Shown one piece after another: positions 7,458 to 14,361 of a stretch of 14,361 bases of DNA. The position numbers and the translations under genes were made by a program. The notes under the pieces are model-generated. The model ran no database searches. It saw nothing but the letters and a program-made list of their open reading frames with translations, and was not told the DNA's origin. The first letter of the stretch is position 1; every line of letters starts with the position of its first letter. The DNA is from a virus (taxonomy: Duplodnaviria > Heunggongvirae > Uroviricota > Caudoviricetes): positions 1 to 14,361 of the IMG/VR virus record IMGVR_UViG_2531839662_000017. One strand, given 5' to 3'.

Positions 7458-8204
7458 TTACTTCTCAATACCTGGCTGACCAACATTCGGGCGCCAGCTC
7501 TCCCAGTTAAAATTCACCCAGCGCCCGCCGTTCATGGTCATGCGATCCATAATCCGCTCGCCGAGCAATGTTTTCATGGCCTCATAGTTCAGGTTTGTCA
7601 GCATCCCCACGCTGCGCATCGACGCTGTCCGGCGATCAACAATCTGGTGCAGTACCACCTGCTCGTTTTTCGTCTCGCGCTGAATACCAATTTCATCAAG
7701 AACCAGCAGATCCACTTCGCACAGTTCCCGCAAAAATTTTTCGCCTGATTGCCCGTCGTCATAGCTGGCGTGTAGAGCACTCATGACATCAGCCACGGTA
7801 ACCACAATCACTGTCTGGCCATCTTTCAGCAGGCGATTCCCGATAGCCGCCGCTAAGTGGTTTTTCCCGGTACCAGGTTTTCCGCTGAATGCGAAATTTG
7901 TGCATCCGGTCATCAGTTCATCGGCGATGGATTTCGCCTGGCTCAACGCGTATCGCTGGCCGTCATTCTGCACCTGGTAATTCGCAAACGAGCACTTGCG
8001 GTGCAACGGCTGGATGCCGGAGCGATTCAGAATTTTTTCCACCCGCAACTGACGATTCTGGCGGTTGATCTCCTCGCAACGCTTCTGGCCTTCTGCAAGT
8101 TGCCACTCGCGCCACTCGTCCACTGTTCGGTATGGCGCGGTTACATGCTGCGGAGCCAGCTTACGGATGCGTTCAAGAACACCGCCTGTCGCAATATTTT
8201 TCAT
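7458..8204 (-). CDS. DnaC-like replicative helicase loader (IstB-type AAA+ ATPase)
   Basis: 248 aa with Walker [16 protein letters not shown] and Walker B LLVLDEIG. Follows the O-like gene by 6 nt with a GGGGG Shine-Dalgarno. Confidence 0.85.
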   Translation of the reverse strand: MKNIATGGVLERIRKLAPQHVTAPYRTVDEWREWQLAEGQKRCEEINRQNRQLRVEKILNRSGIQPLHRKCSFANYQVQNDGQRYALSQAKSIADELMTGCTNFAFSGKPGTGKNHLAAAIGNRLLKDGQTVIVVTVADVMSALHASYDDGQSGEKFLRELCEVDLLVLDEIGIQRETKNEQVVLHQIVDRRTASMRSVGMLTNLNYEAMKTLLGERIMDRMTMNGGRWVNFNWESWRPNVGQPGIEK

Positions 8205-8210
8205 GCTTCG

Positions 8211-9158
8211 TTACCCCCTGAATCCCGGCGGAATTTCGGTGTCCGGTTCAGAAATGTGATTCACGCAACGCTGTACAGGCGAACGCCCCAGACGAATAAC
8301 CAGCTCATCCCATTTTTCGCGAAGCTTTGACGGGCTCATGACGTTTTTTACCCAGAATGGATCCCGCTGTACCCGACCAAACATTTCGCAAATTTGTCTG
8401 TGAGTTCTGCCATCCAGCATCCGCATTGTGCGCACATCATTGGCCCATGCAGTCCAGTTGGGTTCTTTCGGTCGCATGATTTCGCCATCATCGCTGGCAG
8501 CCTGCTCGTAAAGACTCACGATTCGTCCCCAGATCCACTGCGCACACGCTAAATCCTCCTGGCTGCCCCACTGGCGTTTTTTCGCACTGAACACAACCGC
8601 GTCAGGGTGTCGGGTTAAAAAATCCTGTTCAGCCGTCTGCGGGTCCGGTTGCGAAGCGTCCGGACGAAAAGATCTTTTATCTGACGGATCAGGTTTTAAT
8701 ACTGACGGATCGGGGCCAACCATCGCCCCCCTATCCGACTGTTTTTTATCAATGGTTGATCCATCAAAATTTGAGGGGTCAACCGTTGAGGGGGCAATAT
8801 TTGACGGGTCATTTTTTGCCTGGCTAATTTTTCTTTTCGGTTTATATGCCTCACGCGCCGCCGCTGCTGCTGCTTCGAGTTTTTCCACATTAAGGCGGTA
8901 GATATTGCTTTCATTACGCCCACCGACCTTACGTTCCTCCTTCTTCAGCCAGCCGTTCTTTTCCAGTTCCGCTATCGCCGCTTTAACCGTTGATTCACTC
9001 TTTGCTCCAATCTGACGACGAATGGTCTCCACTGCAGGCCATGACACACCTTCGTCATTGCTGTAATCTGCAAGGCGAGCCATTACTGCCACCCTGGATA
9101 AGATCATGCCGGTGAAGGCACACCCTTCCCAGACAAGACCATGAAGCTTGCTGCTCAT
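8211..9158 (-). CDS. Replication initiator, lambda O-like (origin-binding protein)
   Basis: 315-aa ORF just upstream of the DnaC-like gene. The DNA encoding its central low-complexity linker (DPSN/DPSV/DPSD repeats) contains iterons, as in lambda O. Confidence 0.7.
   Translation of the reverse strand: MSSKLHGLVWEGCAFTGMILSRVAVMARLADYSNDEGVSWPAVETIRRQIGAKSESTVKAAIAELEKNGWLKKEERKVGGRNESNIYRLNVEKLEAAAAAAREAYKPKRKISQAKNDPSNIAPSTVDPSNFDGSTIDKKQSDRGAMVGPDPSVLKPDPSDKRSFRPDASQPDPQTAEQDFLTRHPDAVVFSAKKRQWGSQEDLACAQWIWGRIVSLYEQAASDDGEIMRPKEPNWTAWANDVRTMRMLDGRTHRQICEMFGRVQRDPFWVKNVMSPSKLREKWDELVIRLGRSPVQRCVNHISEPDTEIPPGFRG
8681..8848. repeat. Putative phage replication origin: iterons plus AT-rich segment inside the O-like gene
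   Basis: Five copies of a 10-bp motif yTGAsGGrTC at 8681, 8702, 8771, 8786 and 8801 (the last three exactly 15 bp apart), clustered GATC sites, and an adjacent T-rich stretch at 8811-8848. Confidence 0.5.
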
Positions 9159-9181
9159 AAAAAACTCCGAACACCGTGCTT

Positions 9182-9607
9182 TTAGTGCATCACCACGGCA
9201 TTTCCCGCCGGACCACCACGATTCATCTGATTGAAACCAGCGATCGCCACTGCGACAAAATCATCAGCGTCTCTCACCAGTCGTTCCCGCATCTCCACCA
9301 GCTCCCGAAAATAGGCTGAACTGTGGCTGCGCATTCGGGCCACCAGCAGAGGTGGCATTGCCTTTTCGATCGCCGGTAACAGCGCCTGAATTTTTTTAAC
9401 CGCATCAGGGGTGTCTTTCTCCACCCAGCGGAAAATTTTCTGAGTATTGCGAGCCAGGGCTTCCGGATGCCTGTCGTCATATAGCTCTGGGAACGTCATA
9501 CCAAGCTCAAAATAAGCCCGGGTTATTTCAGCTGCTGGAACTTTTTCGCCATCAGGACGCGCCCAGGCATTCATCGCCATGCGGATGTGTTCATGCTTGA
9601 TTTTCAT
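9182..9607 (-). CDS. ydaT: YdaT-like protein (CII-position regulator)
   Basis: 141 aa beginning MKIKHEHI. Overlaps the upstream Cro-like gene by ATGA (9604-9607) and sits between cro-like and O-like genes, the lambda cII position. The name is from recalled Rac/CP-933P annotation. Confidence 0.55.
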   Translation of the reverse strand: MKIKHEHIRMAMNAWARPDGEKVPAAEITRAYFELGMTFPELYDDRHPEALARNTQKIFRWVEKDTPDAVKKIQALLPAIEKAMPPLLVARMRSHSSAYFRELVEMRERLVRDADDFVAVAIAGFNQMNRGGPAGNAVVMH

Positions 9608-9906
9608 GAATCAACTCCATCAGATAAGCATGCACTACAATCACCTTCAGCATGAACTACATGTGTTTGCCCCAAACGAATGCCGCTCGCATACTCAGGC
9701 CAAATAAGCTCCCAATCATGGGGTCGTAGCTCCGCCCTACTTACTTGGCCTTCCGTCGCAGATTCGATCATAAGGGCGCGGGTTGGAGATATAGCTGCTC
9801 GTCCAGACGCCATTTGCGATAAGTAAGATGGCGATACACCAAGTCTGGCCGCGAATTTCTTAGCATCACCAACCCTCAATGATTTAATAAACTCTTTTAA
9901 TGTCAT
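9604..9906 (-). CDS. ydaS: Cro-like HTH regulator (YdaS-like)
   Basis: 100 aa with HTH KKFAARLGVSPSYLSQMASGRAAISPTRALMIES. Divergent from the repressor gene across an operator-bearing intergenic region. Confidence 0.65.
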   Translation of the reverse strand: MTLKEFIKSLRVGDAKKFAARLGVSPSYLSQMASGRAAISPTRALMIESATEGQVSRAELRPHDWELIWPEYASGIRLGQTHVVHAEGDCSACLSDGVDS

Positions 9907-9916
9907 ACCTTCCTCG

Positions 9917-9997
9917 GTTTAGTGTTTTTTTGCGAGTTTAGTGTTTAATAAACCATTAAGTCAAGTATTTGCTTGTTTAGTGATTACTAAAGATAAT
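9917..9997. promoter_or_regulatory. Right operator/promoter region: three direct repeats GTTTAGTG(T/A)T plus divergent promoters
   Basis: Repeats at 9917-9926, 9936-9945 and 9975-9984. Candidate repressor promoter TTGCTT (9969-9974), 17 nt, GATAAT (9992-9997), placing the transcript start near the ATG at 10004 (leaderless, like lambda PRM). Candidate cro-like promoter on the minus strand: TTGACT (9964-9959) with -10 TAAACT. Confidence 0.45.
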
Positions 9998-10003
9998 TAC
10001 CAC

Positions 10004-10375
10004 ATGCAAAAAAAAGAAATTCGCCGTTTACGTCTCAAGGAGTGGTTTAAAGATAAAACTCTGCCACCCAAAGAGAAGAGCTACCTATCTCAACTAATGA
10101 GTGGGAGGGCCTCGTTTGGAGAAAAGGCTGCCAGAAGAATAGAGCAAACATACGGGATGCCGGAAGGGTATCTGGATGCGGAATACGCAGAACAACCGGA
10201 AGTTTCTCCACCACATGCAGGGTTAACGTCTAATCAACTGGAATTATTGCAGATTTTTTCAGCCTTCCCTGAGGATGAGCAACGCCAGATAATCAGCGAG
10301 TTAAAGCAGAAAAAAGAATCAATGGAAGATCTCATAGCGAGATGGATTGCGGCGCAAAAATGCCGCCGCGCCTGA
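10004..10375 (+). CDS. paaR: CI-like prophage repressor (PaaR-like HTH regulator), no S24 peptidase domain
   Basis: ATG at 10004 preferred over the GTG at 9941, which would read through the operator repeats. 123 aa with HTH KEKSYLSQLMSGRASFGEKAARRIEQ. First gene of a three-gene operon with the ParE-family toxin-antitoxin pair. Confidence 0.65.
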   Translation: MQKKEIRRLRLKEWFKDKTLPPKEKSYLSQLMSGRASFGEKAARRIEQTYGMPEGYLDAEYAEQPEVSPPHAGLTSNQLELLQIFSAFPEDEQRQIISELKQKKESMEDLIARWIAAQKCRRA

Positions 10376-10395
10376 GTTATAAAACCGGAGGAAAC

Positions 10396-10587
10396 ATGAA
10401 TAGAGCCCTTTCACCAATGGTTTCTGAATTTGAAACCATTGAACAAGAAAACAGTTACAACGAATGGCTGCGTGCGAAAGTAGCAACGAGCCTTGCAGAT
10501 CCGCGCCCAGCAATTCCCCATGACGAAGTTGAGCGCAGAATGGCAGAACGCTTTGCTAAAATGCGCAAGGAACGGAGCAAGCAGTAA
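10396..10587 (+). CDS. paaA: Small antitoxin partnered with ParE toxin (PaaA-like)
   Basis: 63 aa (MNRALSPMVSEFETIEQ...) with a GGAGG Shine-Dalgarno. Stop at 10585-10587 lies 1 nt before the toxin ATG. I recall this as the PaaA antitoxin of the paaR-paaA-parE systems in O157:H7 prophages. Confidence 0.65.
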   Translation: MNRALSPMVSEFETIEQENSYNEWLRAKVATSLADPRPAIPHDEVERRMAERFAKMRKERSKQ

Positions 10588-10588
10588 A

Positions 10589-10867
10589 ATGTTACCCGTG
10601 TTATGGCTTGAAAGCGCAGATACCGACCTAGATGATATAACTAGCTATATTGCTCGTTTCGACATAGATGCGGCTGAACGCTTATGGCAGCGATTAAGGG
10701 GTTGTGTGCTGCCGTTATCCGAACATCCGTATTTATACCCACCAAGCGACAGAGTACCTGGCTTGCGTGAGATTGTAGCCCACCCTAACTATATAATTCT
10801 ATACCGCGTAACAACATCAAGCGTTGAAGTAGTAAACGTGATCCACGCAAGACGCCAGTTTCCCTAA
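10589..10867 (+). CDS. parE: ParE/RelE-family toxin
   Basis: 92 aa with a ParE-like C-terminus (HPNYIILYRV...VEVVNVIHARRQFP), translationally coupled to the antitoxin. Confidence 0.8.
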   Translation: MLPVLWLESADTDLDDITSYIARFDIDAAERLWQRLRGCVLPLSEHPYLYPPSDRVPGLREIVAHPNYIILYRVTTSSVEVVNVIHARRQFP

Positions 10868-10928
10868 CTTTCACTACCAATAGAAACATAACAACCGCAA
10901 CGACTTTATCAAAAGCGTTGTGTTTGTT

Positions 10929-10970
10929 ACGCCCCGTGGTTTAGTTTTTACTTGACTTAAGTTTAATGTT
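10929..10970 (+). promoter_or_regulatory. pL-like promoter with two operator-like repeats
   Basis: GTTTAGTTTT (10929-10938) and GTTTAATGTT (10951-10960) each differ by one base from the right-operator repeat. They flank TTGACT (10942-10947), about 16 nt, TAAACT (10964-10969), a near copy of the cro-like promoter. Confidence 0.4.
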
Positions 10971-11077
10971 TATTAAACTAAAAATACCAACCCACCCCGC
11001 CCCACAGAATGCAGGGCAATACTTCGAGTTACCAGGCAGTGGTCAGGGGTTAAGTAGCCAGCCCGAGGCGTAAGAAC

Positions 11078-12943
11078 ATGACGGCAGGGTTCAACTTTAA
11101 TAACTATGCAGCAGGTTTTTGTTCCGCTACCCCGGCGTTAAGGGGAAATGAGGTCAGCATGGATACTATCGATCTTGGCAACAACGAATCTCTGGTATGC
11201 GGCGTGTTCCCCAACCAGGACGGTACGTTCACCGCGATGACATATACCAAAAGCAAAACGTTTAAAACCGAATCTGGCGCGCGTTGCTGGTTAGCCAGAA
11301 ACAATGAAGTTATCGACAAAGATCGCGAAGACTGGAAGCGCATTTCCGCATCAATGCGCAAACAACCCGATGCCGTCCGCTACGACCGTCAGACTATTTT
11401 TGGCCTTGTCCGTGAGCGTCCGATCGACATTCACAAAGATCCCGTAGCACTGAACAAATACATCACTGAATACCTGGCGACAAAGGGCGTGTTTGAGGAT
11501 GAAGAAACAGACCAGAACGCTGCTGATATTCTCCAGCCGTCAGCAGCACAAACTGATGCAGTGGAAACTGAAGTATCTGATACCCAAAAAAATGAAAGCA
11601 CGCTGGAAACTGAACCATCTGTAGAGCGTGAGGGGCCGTTCTACTTCCTTTTCACCGATAAGGATGGCGAAAAATATGGTCGTGCAAACAAACTTTCTGG
11701 TCTGAATAAGGCGCTGGCTGCAGGGGCTACTGAAATCACGAAAGAAGAATATTTTGCCCGCAAAAACGGTACATACTCAGGCTCACAACAAAATACTGGT
11801 GCATCTGACACGACCGCACAACCAGAGCCGGTAAAAGTTACCGCTGACGAAGTAAACAAAATTATGCAGGCAGCCAATATCAGCCAGCCTGACGCTAATG
11901 AACTGCTTGCTGCCTCTCGCGGAGAATTTGTTGCAGGGATTAGCGACCCGAATGATCCGAAATGGGTGAAGGGGATTGAAACCCGCGATTCTGTGAACCA
12001 GAACCAGCAAGAAACGGAACAGAACGACCAGAAAGCGGAACAAAACAGCCCAAATGCGTTACAAAACGAGCCGGAAACAAAACAACCTGAGCCAGTAGCG
12101 CAACAGGAAGCGGAAAAAGTCTGCACCGCCTGCGGTCAGAGCGGTGGCGGCAACTGCCCTGATTGTGGCGCGGTGATGGGCGACGCAACATACCAGGAAA
12201 CATTCGATGAAGAGAATCAGGTTGAAGTTCAGGAAAACGATCCGGAGAAAATGGAAGGCGCTGAACATCCACACAAGGAGAATGCTGGCAGCGCTCAGGA
12301 CCACGCCAGCGATAATGAAACTGGCGAGGCGGCAGATCACTCAATTAAGATGAACGGTCATCACGAAATCACATCCACCAGCAGGACGTGTGACCATCTA
12401 ATGATCGACCTCGAAACCATGGGAAAAAATCCTGATGCCCCGGTTATCTCAATAGGTGCAATATTTTTCGATCCGCAAACCGGAGATATGGGACCGGAAT
12501 TTAGTAAGACTATCGATCTGGAAACTGCTGGCGGAGTCATTGATCGGAACACCATTAAATGGTGGCTGAAGCAATCACGCGAAGCGCAATCTGCCATTAT
12601 GACCGATGAAATCCCGTTAGATGATGCACTGTTACAATTGCGAGAATTTATCGACGAAAACTCCGGTGAATTTTTTGTTCAGGTCTGGGGAAATGGAGCC
12701 AACTTCGACAACACGATTTTGCGCCGTTCATACGAACGGCAGGGGATCCCCTGCCCGTGGCGTTACTACAACGATCGCGATGTACGCACAATCGTTGAGC
12801 TGGGGAAAGCCATAGACTTCGATGCCAGAACGGCTATTCCATTCGAAGGTGAGCGCCATAATGCACTTGATGACGCTCGTTACCAGGCAAAATACGTTTC
12901 AGCTATCTGGCAAAAACTGATCCCGAGTCAGGCTGATTTTTAA
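11078..12943 (+). CDS. Multidomain protein with C-terminal DnaQ-like (DEDDh) 3'-5' exonuclease domain
   Basis: 621 aa. C-terminal third carries Exo motifs MIDLETMG (D-x-E), [11 protein letters not shown] and HNALDDARY. Preceded by a Cys4 zinc-ribbon ([16 protein letters not shown]) and an acidic Q/E-rich low-complexity linker. The start could instead be Met28 at 11159. Confidence 0.75.
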   Translation: MTAGFNFNNYAAGFCSATPALRGNEVSMDTIDLGNNESLVCGVFPNQDGTFTAMTYTKSKTFKTESGARCWLARNNEVIDKDREDWKRISASMRKQPDAVRYDRQTIFGLVRERPIDIHKDPVALNKYITEYLATKGVFEDEETDQNAADILQPSAAQTDAVETEVSDTQKNESTLETEPSVEREGPFYFLFTDKDGEKYGRANKLSGLNKALAAGATEITKEEYFARKNGTYSGSQQNTGASDTTAQPEPVKVTADEVNKIMQAANISQPDANELLAASRGEFVAGISDPNDPKWVKGIETRDSVNQNQQETEQNDQKAEQNSPNALQNEPETKQPEPVAQQEAEKVCTACGQSGGGNCPDCGAVMGDATYQETFDEENQVEVQENDPEKMEGAEHPHKENAGSAQDHASDNETGEAADHSIKMNGHHEITSTSRTCDHLMIDLETMGKNPDAPVISIGAIFFDPQTGDMGPEFSKTIDLETAGGVIDRNTIKWWLKQSREAQSAIMTDEIPLDDALLQLREFIDENSGEFFVQVWGNGANFDNTILRRSYERQGIPCPWRYYNDRDVRTIVELGKAIDFDARTAIPFEGERHNALDDARYQAKYVSAIWQKLIPSQADF

Positions 12944-13004
12944 TGTTCAACCGTCGCCAGTTGTCGTTGGTATTCTGCAACTGGCGCGTTCCGGAGTGAT
13001 AGCC

Positions 13005-13274
13005 ATGAGCGAACAGTACCTGATAACGCTCGATGAGTGGAAGCCAAAACGGTTCAGTCTCCCAATAACAAACACTACCCTGGTGAAATACGGAAAACTA
13101 GGATACATCGTTCCAAGACCACAAAAAATTCGTGGGCGTTGGCTGATAGATCGCCGAGCAGTATTTGTTGGACCTGGTGAAACAGGAATTGCGCCGGAAA
13201 TTCATACTGGCGATGATGATGCACTGAAGGAGATTTTAACTCATGTCACCGAGGCCACGAAAAAACAGCACTGA
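13005..13274 (+). CDS. xis: Excisionase (Xis-like)
   Basis: ATG at 13005 with GGAG 8 nt upstream (ORF track starts at a GTG at 12996). 89 aa, small and basic. Overlaps the integrase start by 32 nt, as lambda xis/int do. Confidence 0.6.
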   Translation: MSEQYLITLDEWKPKRFSLPITNTTLVKYGKLGYIVPRPQKIRGRWLIDRRAVFVGPGETGIAPEIHTGDDDALKEILTHVTEATKKQH

Positions 13275-14361
13275 CGTAGCCGGACTTTACGAAAAATTTG
13301 ATCGCAGAACTGGCAGAGTTTACTACCAGTATAAAAACCCTGTGACTGGAAAATTTCACGGGCTCGGAACAGACAAAGGTAAGGCAGAAAAAATCGCTTC
13401 CACAGCCAATCAGCGAATAGCTGCAGCAGAGGCTGAATATTTCATGCGCAAAATTGATGAAAGTCCGTCAGCAACAACGCGTCGGGGTATCAGATTAAAG
13501 GCATGGGTTGATCGATATCTGAAAATACAGGACACGCGACTGAAAAATGGAGATATTGCAGCTACAACTCACAAAGAAAAAGCCAGAATGGCTGCATACC
13601 TGGTTTCCCGTCTGGGAAACCACCCATTGAAAGAACTGGAAGTAAGAGACTTTGCATTAATACTGGATGAGTGGCTGGATAAAGACATGGTCAGCACAGC
13701 GAGAGTAAATCGTGGATTATGGGTTGATATTTATAAAGAAGCACAGCATGCAGGGGAAGTTCCTCCTGGATGGAATCCTCCGGAGGCCACCCGTAAACCG
13801 ATCCCTAAAGTAACCAGAGCCAGACTCACCCTGGAAGACTGGCAAAAAATTTACAACGCAACGCCAGAAAAACACTTTATCCGTAACGCAATGCTTCTTG
13901 CGATTGTTACTGGTCAGCGCCGTGATGACATTTACCACATGCGTTTTTCAGATGTGTGGAACGAACATTTGCATATCACCCAGGGAAAAACCGGAATGCG
14001 TCTGGCGTTACCGCTTACACTACGCTGTGATGCCATTGGGATAACGTTAAAAGAAGTTATTGATGGGTGCCGAGACAGAATATTAAGTCCATATCTAATC
14101 CATAGTCGGCACCAGAAACAACCGAAGCCGATGAGTAAAGACAACCTGAGCGACTACTTTGCCAAAGCACGGGATCTGGCTGGGATAATTCCACCAGCAG
14201 GAAAAACTCCGCCAACATTTCATGAACAACGCTCTCTATCAGAACGGCTGTACCGTGCACAGGGTATCGATACAAAAACATTACTAGGACATAAAGTCCA
14301 GGCAACCACCGATCGCTATAACGATACTCGAGGTCAGGAATGGGTTAAGTTGGTTATTTGA
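13243..14361 (+). CDS. int: Tyrosine site-specific recombinase (phage integrase)
   Basis: 372 aa with an arm-binding type N-terminus and a C-terminal catalytic region (...LLGHKVQATTDRYNDTRG..., candidate Tyr nucleophile in DRY). Stop codon is the last three bases of the window, so the attachment site probably lies just beyond. Confidence 0.9.
   Translation: MSPRPRKNSTDVAGLYEKFDRRTGRVYYQYKNPVTGKFHGLGTDKGKAEKIASTANQRIAAAEAEYFMRKIDESPSATTRRGIRLKAWVDRYLKIQDTRLKNGDIAATTHKEKARMAAYLVSRLGNHPLKELEVRDFALILDEWLDKDMVSTARVNRGLWVDIYKEAQHAGEVPPGWNPPEATRKPIPKVTRARLTLEDWQKIYNATPEKHFIRNAMLLAIVTGQRRDDIYHMRFSDVWNEHLHITQGKTGMRLALPLTLRCDAIGITLKEVIDGCRDRILSPYLIHSRHQKQPKPMSKDNLSDYFAKARDLAGIIPPAGKTPPTFHEQRSLSERLYRAQGIDTKTLLGHKVQATTDRYNDTRGQEWVKLVI

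Noticed and set aside
6522-7486. ORF 6522-6764 (80 aa), the long starts of the 173-aa and 273-aa ORFs, and the small ORFs 8696-8923 and 9274-9480
   Set aside because: Alternative-frame or extended readings that overlap better-supported genes. Internal ATGs with strong Shine-Dalgarno sequences (6648 and 7435) give non-overlapping genes.
9941-10003. Upstream extension of the repressor ORF from a GTG at 9941 (MFNKPLSQVFACLVITKDNYH...)
   Set aside because: It would translate straight through the operator repeats and leave only 34 nt for the divergent promoters. The ATG at 10004 sits at the expected distance from a GATAAT -10 element.
11990-12120. Repetitive CAGAAC/GAACAG/AAACAG DNA that could be taken for a tandem repeat or CRISPR-like array
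   Set aside because: Repeat units are irregular and in frame. They encode the Q/E/N-rich linker of the 621-aa protein. No repeat-spacer periodicity and no cas genes.
11641-12597. Minus-strand ORFs of 78-161 aa overlapping the 621-aa gene (11641-12126, 11783-12043, 11940-12344, 12059-12340, 12361-12597)
   Set aside because: Their translations are Cys/Phe/Ser-rich low-complexity strings typical of antisense reading of an acidic Q/E-rich coding region. The plus-strand gene has clear exonuclease motifs.
1-14361. Search for tRNA, rRNA, CRISPR arrays, IS elements and att sites
   Set aside because: No cloverleaf-compatible segments, no regular repeat-spacer arrays and no transposase with terminal inverted repeats were seen. 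The integrase ends exactly at the window edge, so any att core would lie outside the window.

Overview
The window reads as the complete early/regulatory half of a lambdoid (Rac/Qin/CP-933P-like) enterobacterial prophage, with integrase at the right edge and the late antiterminator Q at the left edge. Plus strand (lambda 'leftward' direction): CI-like repressor co-transcribed with a ParE-family toxin-antitoxin pair, then a 621-aa protein with a C-terminal DnaQ-like exonuclease domain, excisionase and tyrosine integrase. Minus strand (lambda 'rightward' direction): Cro-like and CII-position genes, O-like initiator with internal iterons, DnaC-like helicase loader, two nin-type ORFs, a frameshifted small HTH ORF, then rem-like, DUF968, rusA and Q. 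Between the nin genes and the rem-like gene sit two low-GC accessory insertions that the phage backbone does not explain: (i) an AT-rich island with a ParA/MinD/BcsQ-like ATPase under its own near-consensus promoter, which ends inside a 5'-truncated hok toxin gene, and (ii) a 1.8-kb two-gene cassette (unknown protein plus HTH-XRE/ImmA-IrrE metallopeptidase fusion) bounded by identical 23-bp terminator hairpins. These two are the best candidates for an uncharacterised defence or addiction system. All family assignments are from reading the translations and from recalled family knowledge; no database search or computation was run.
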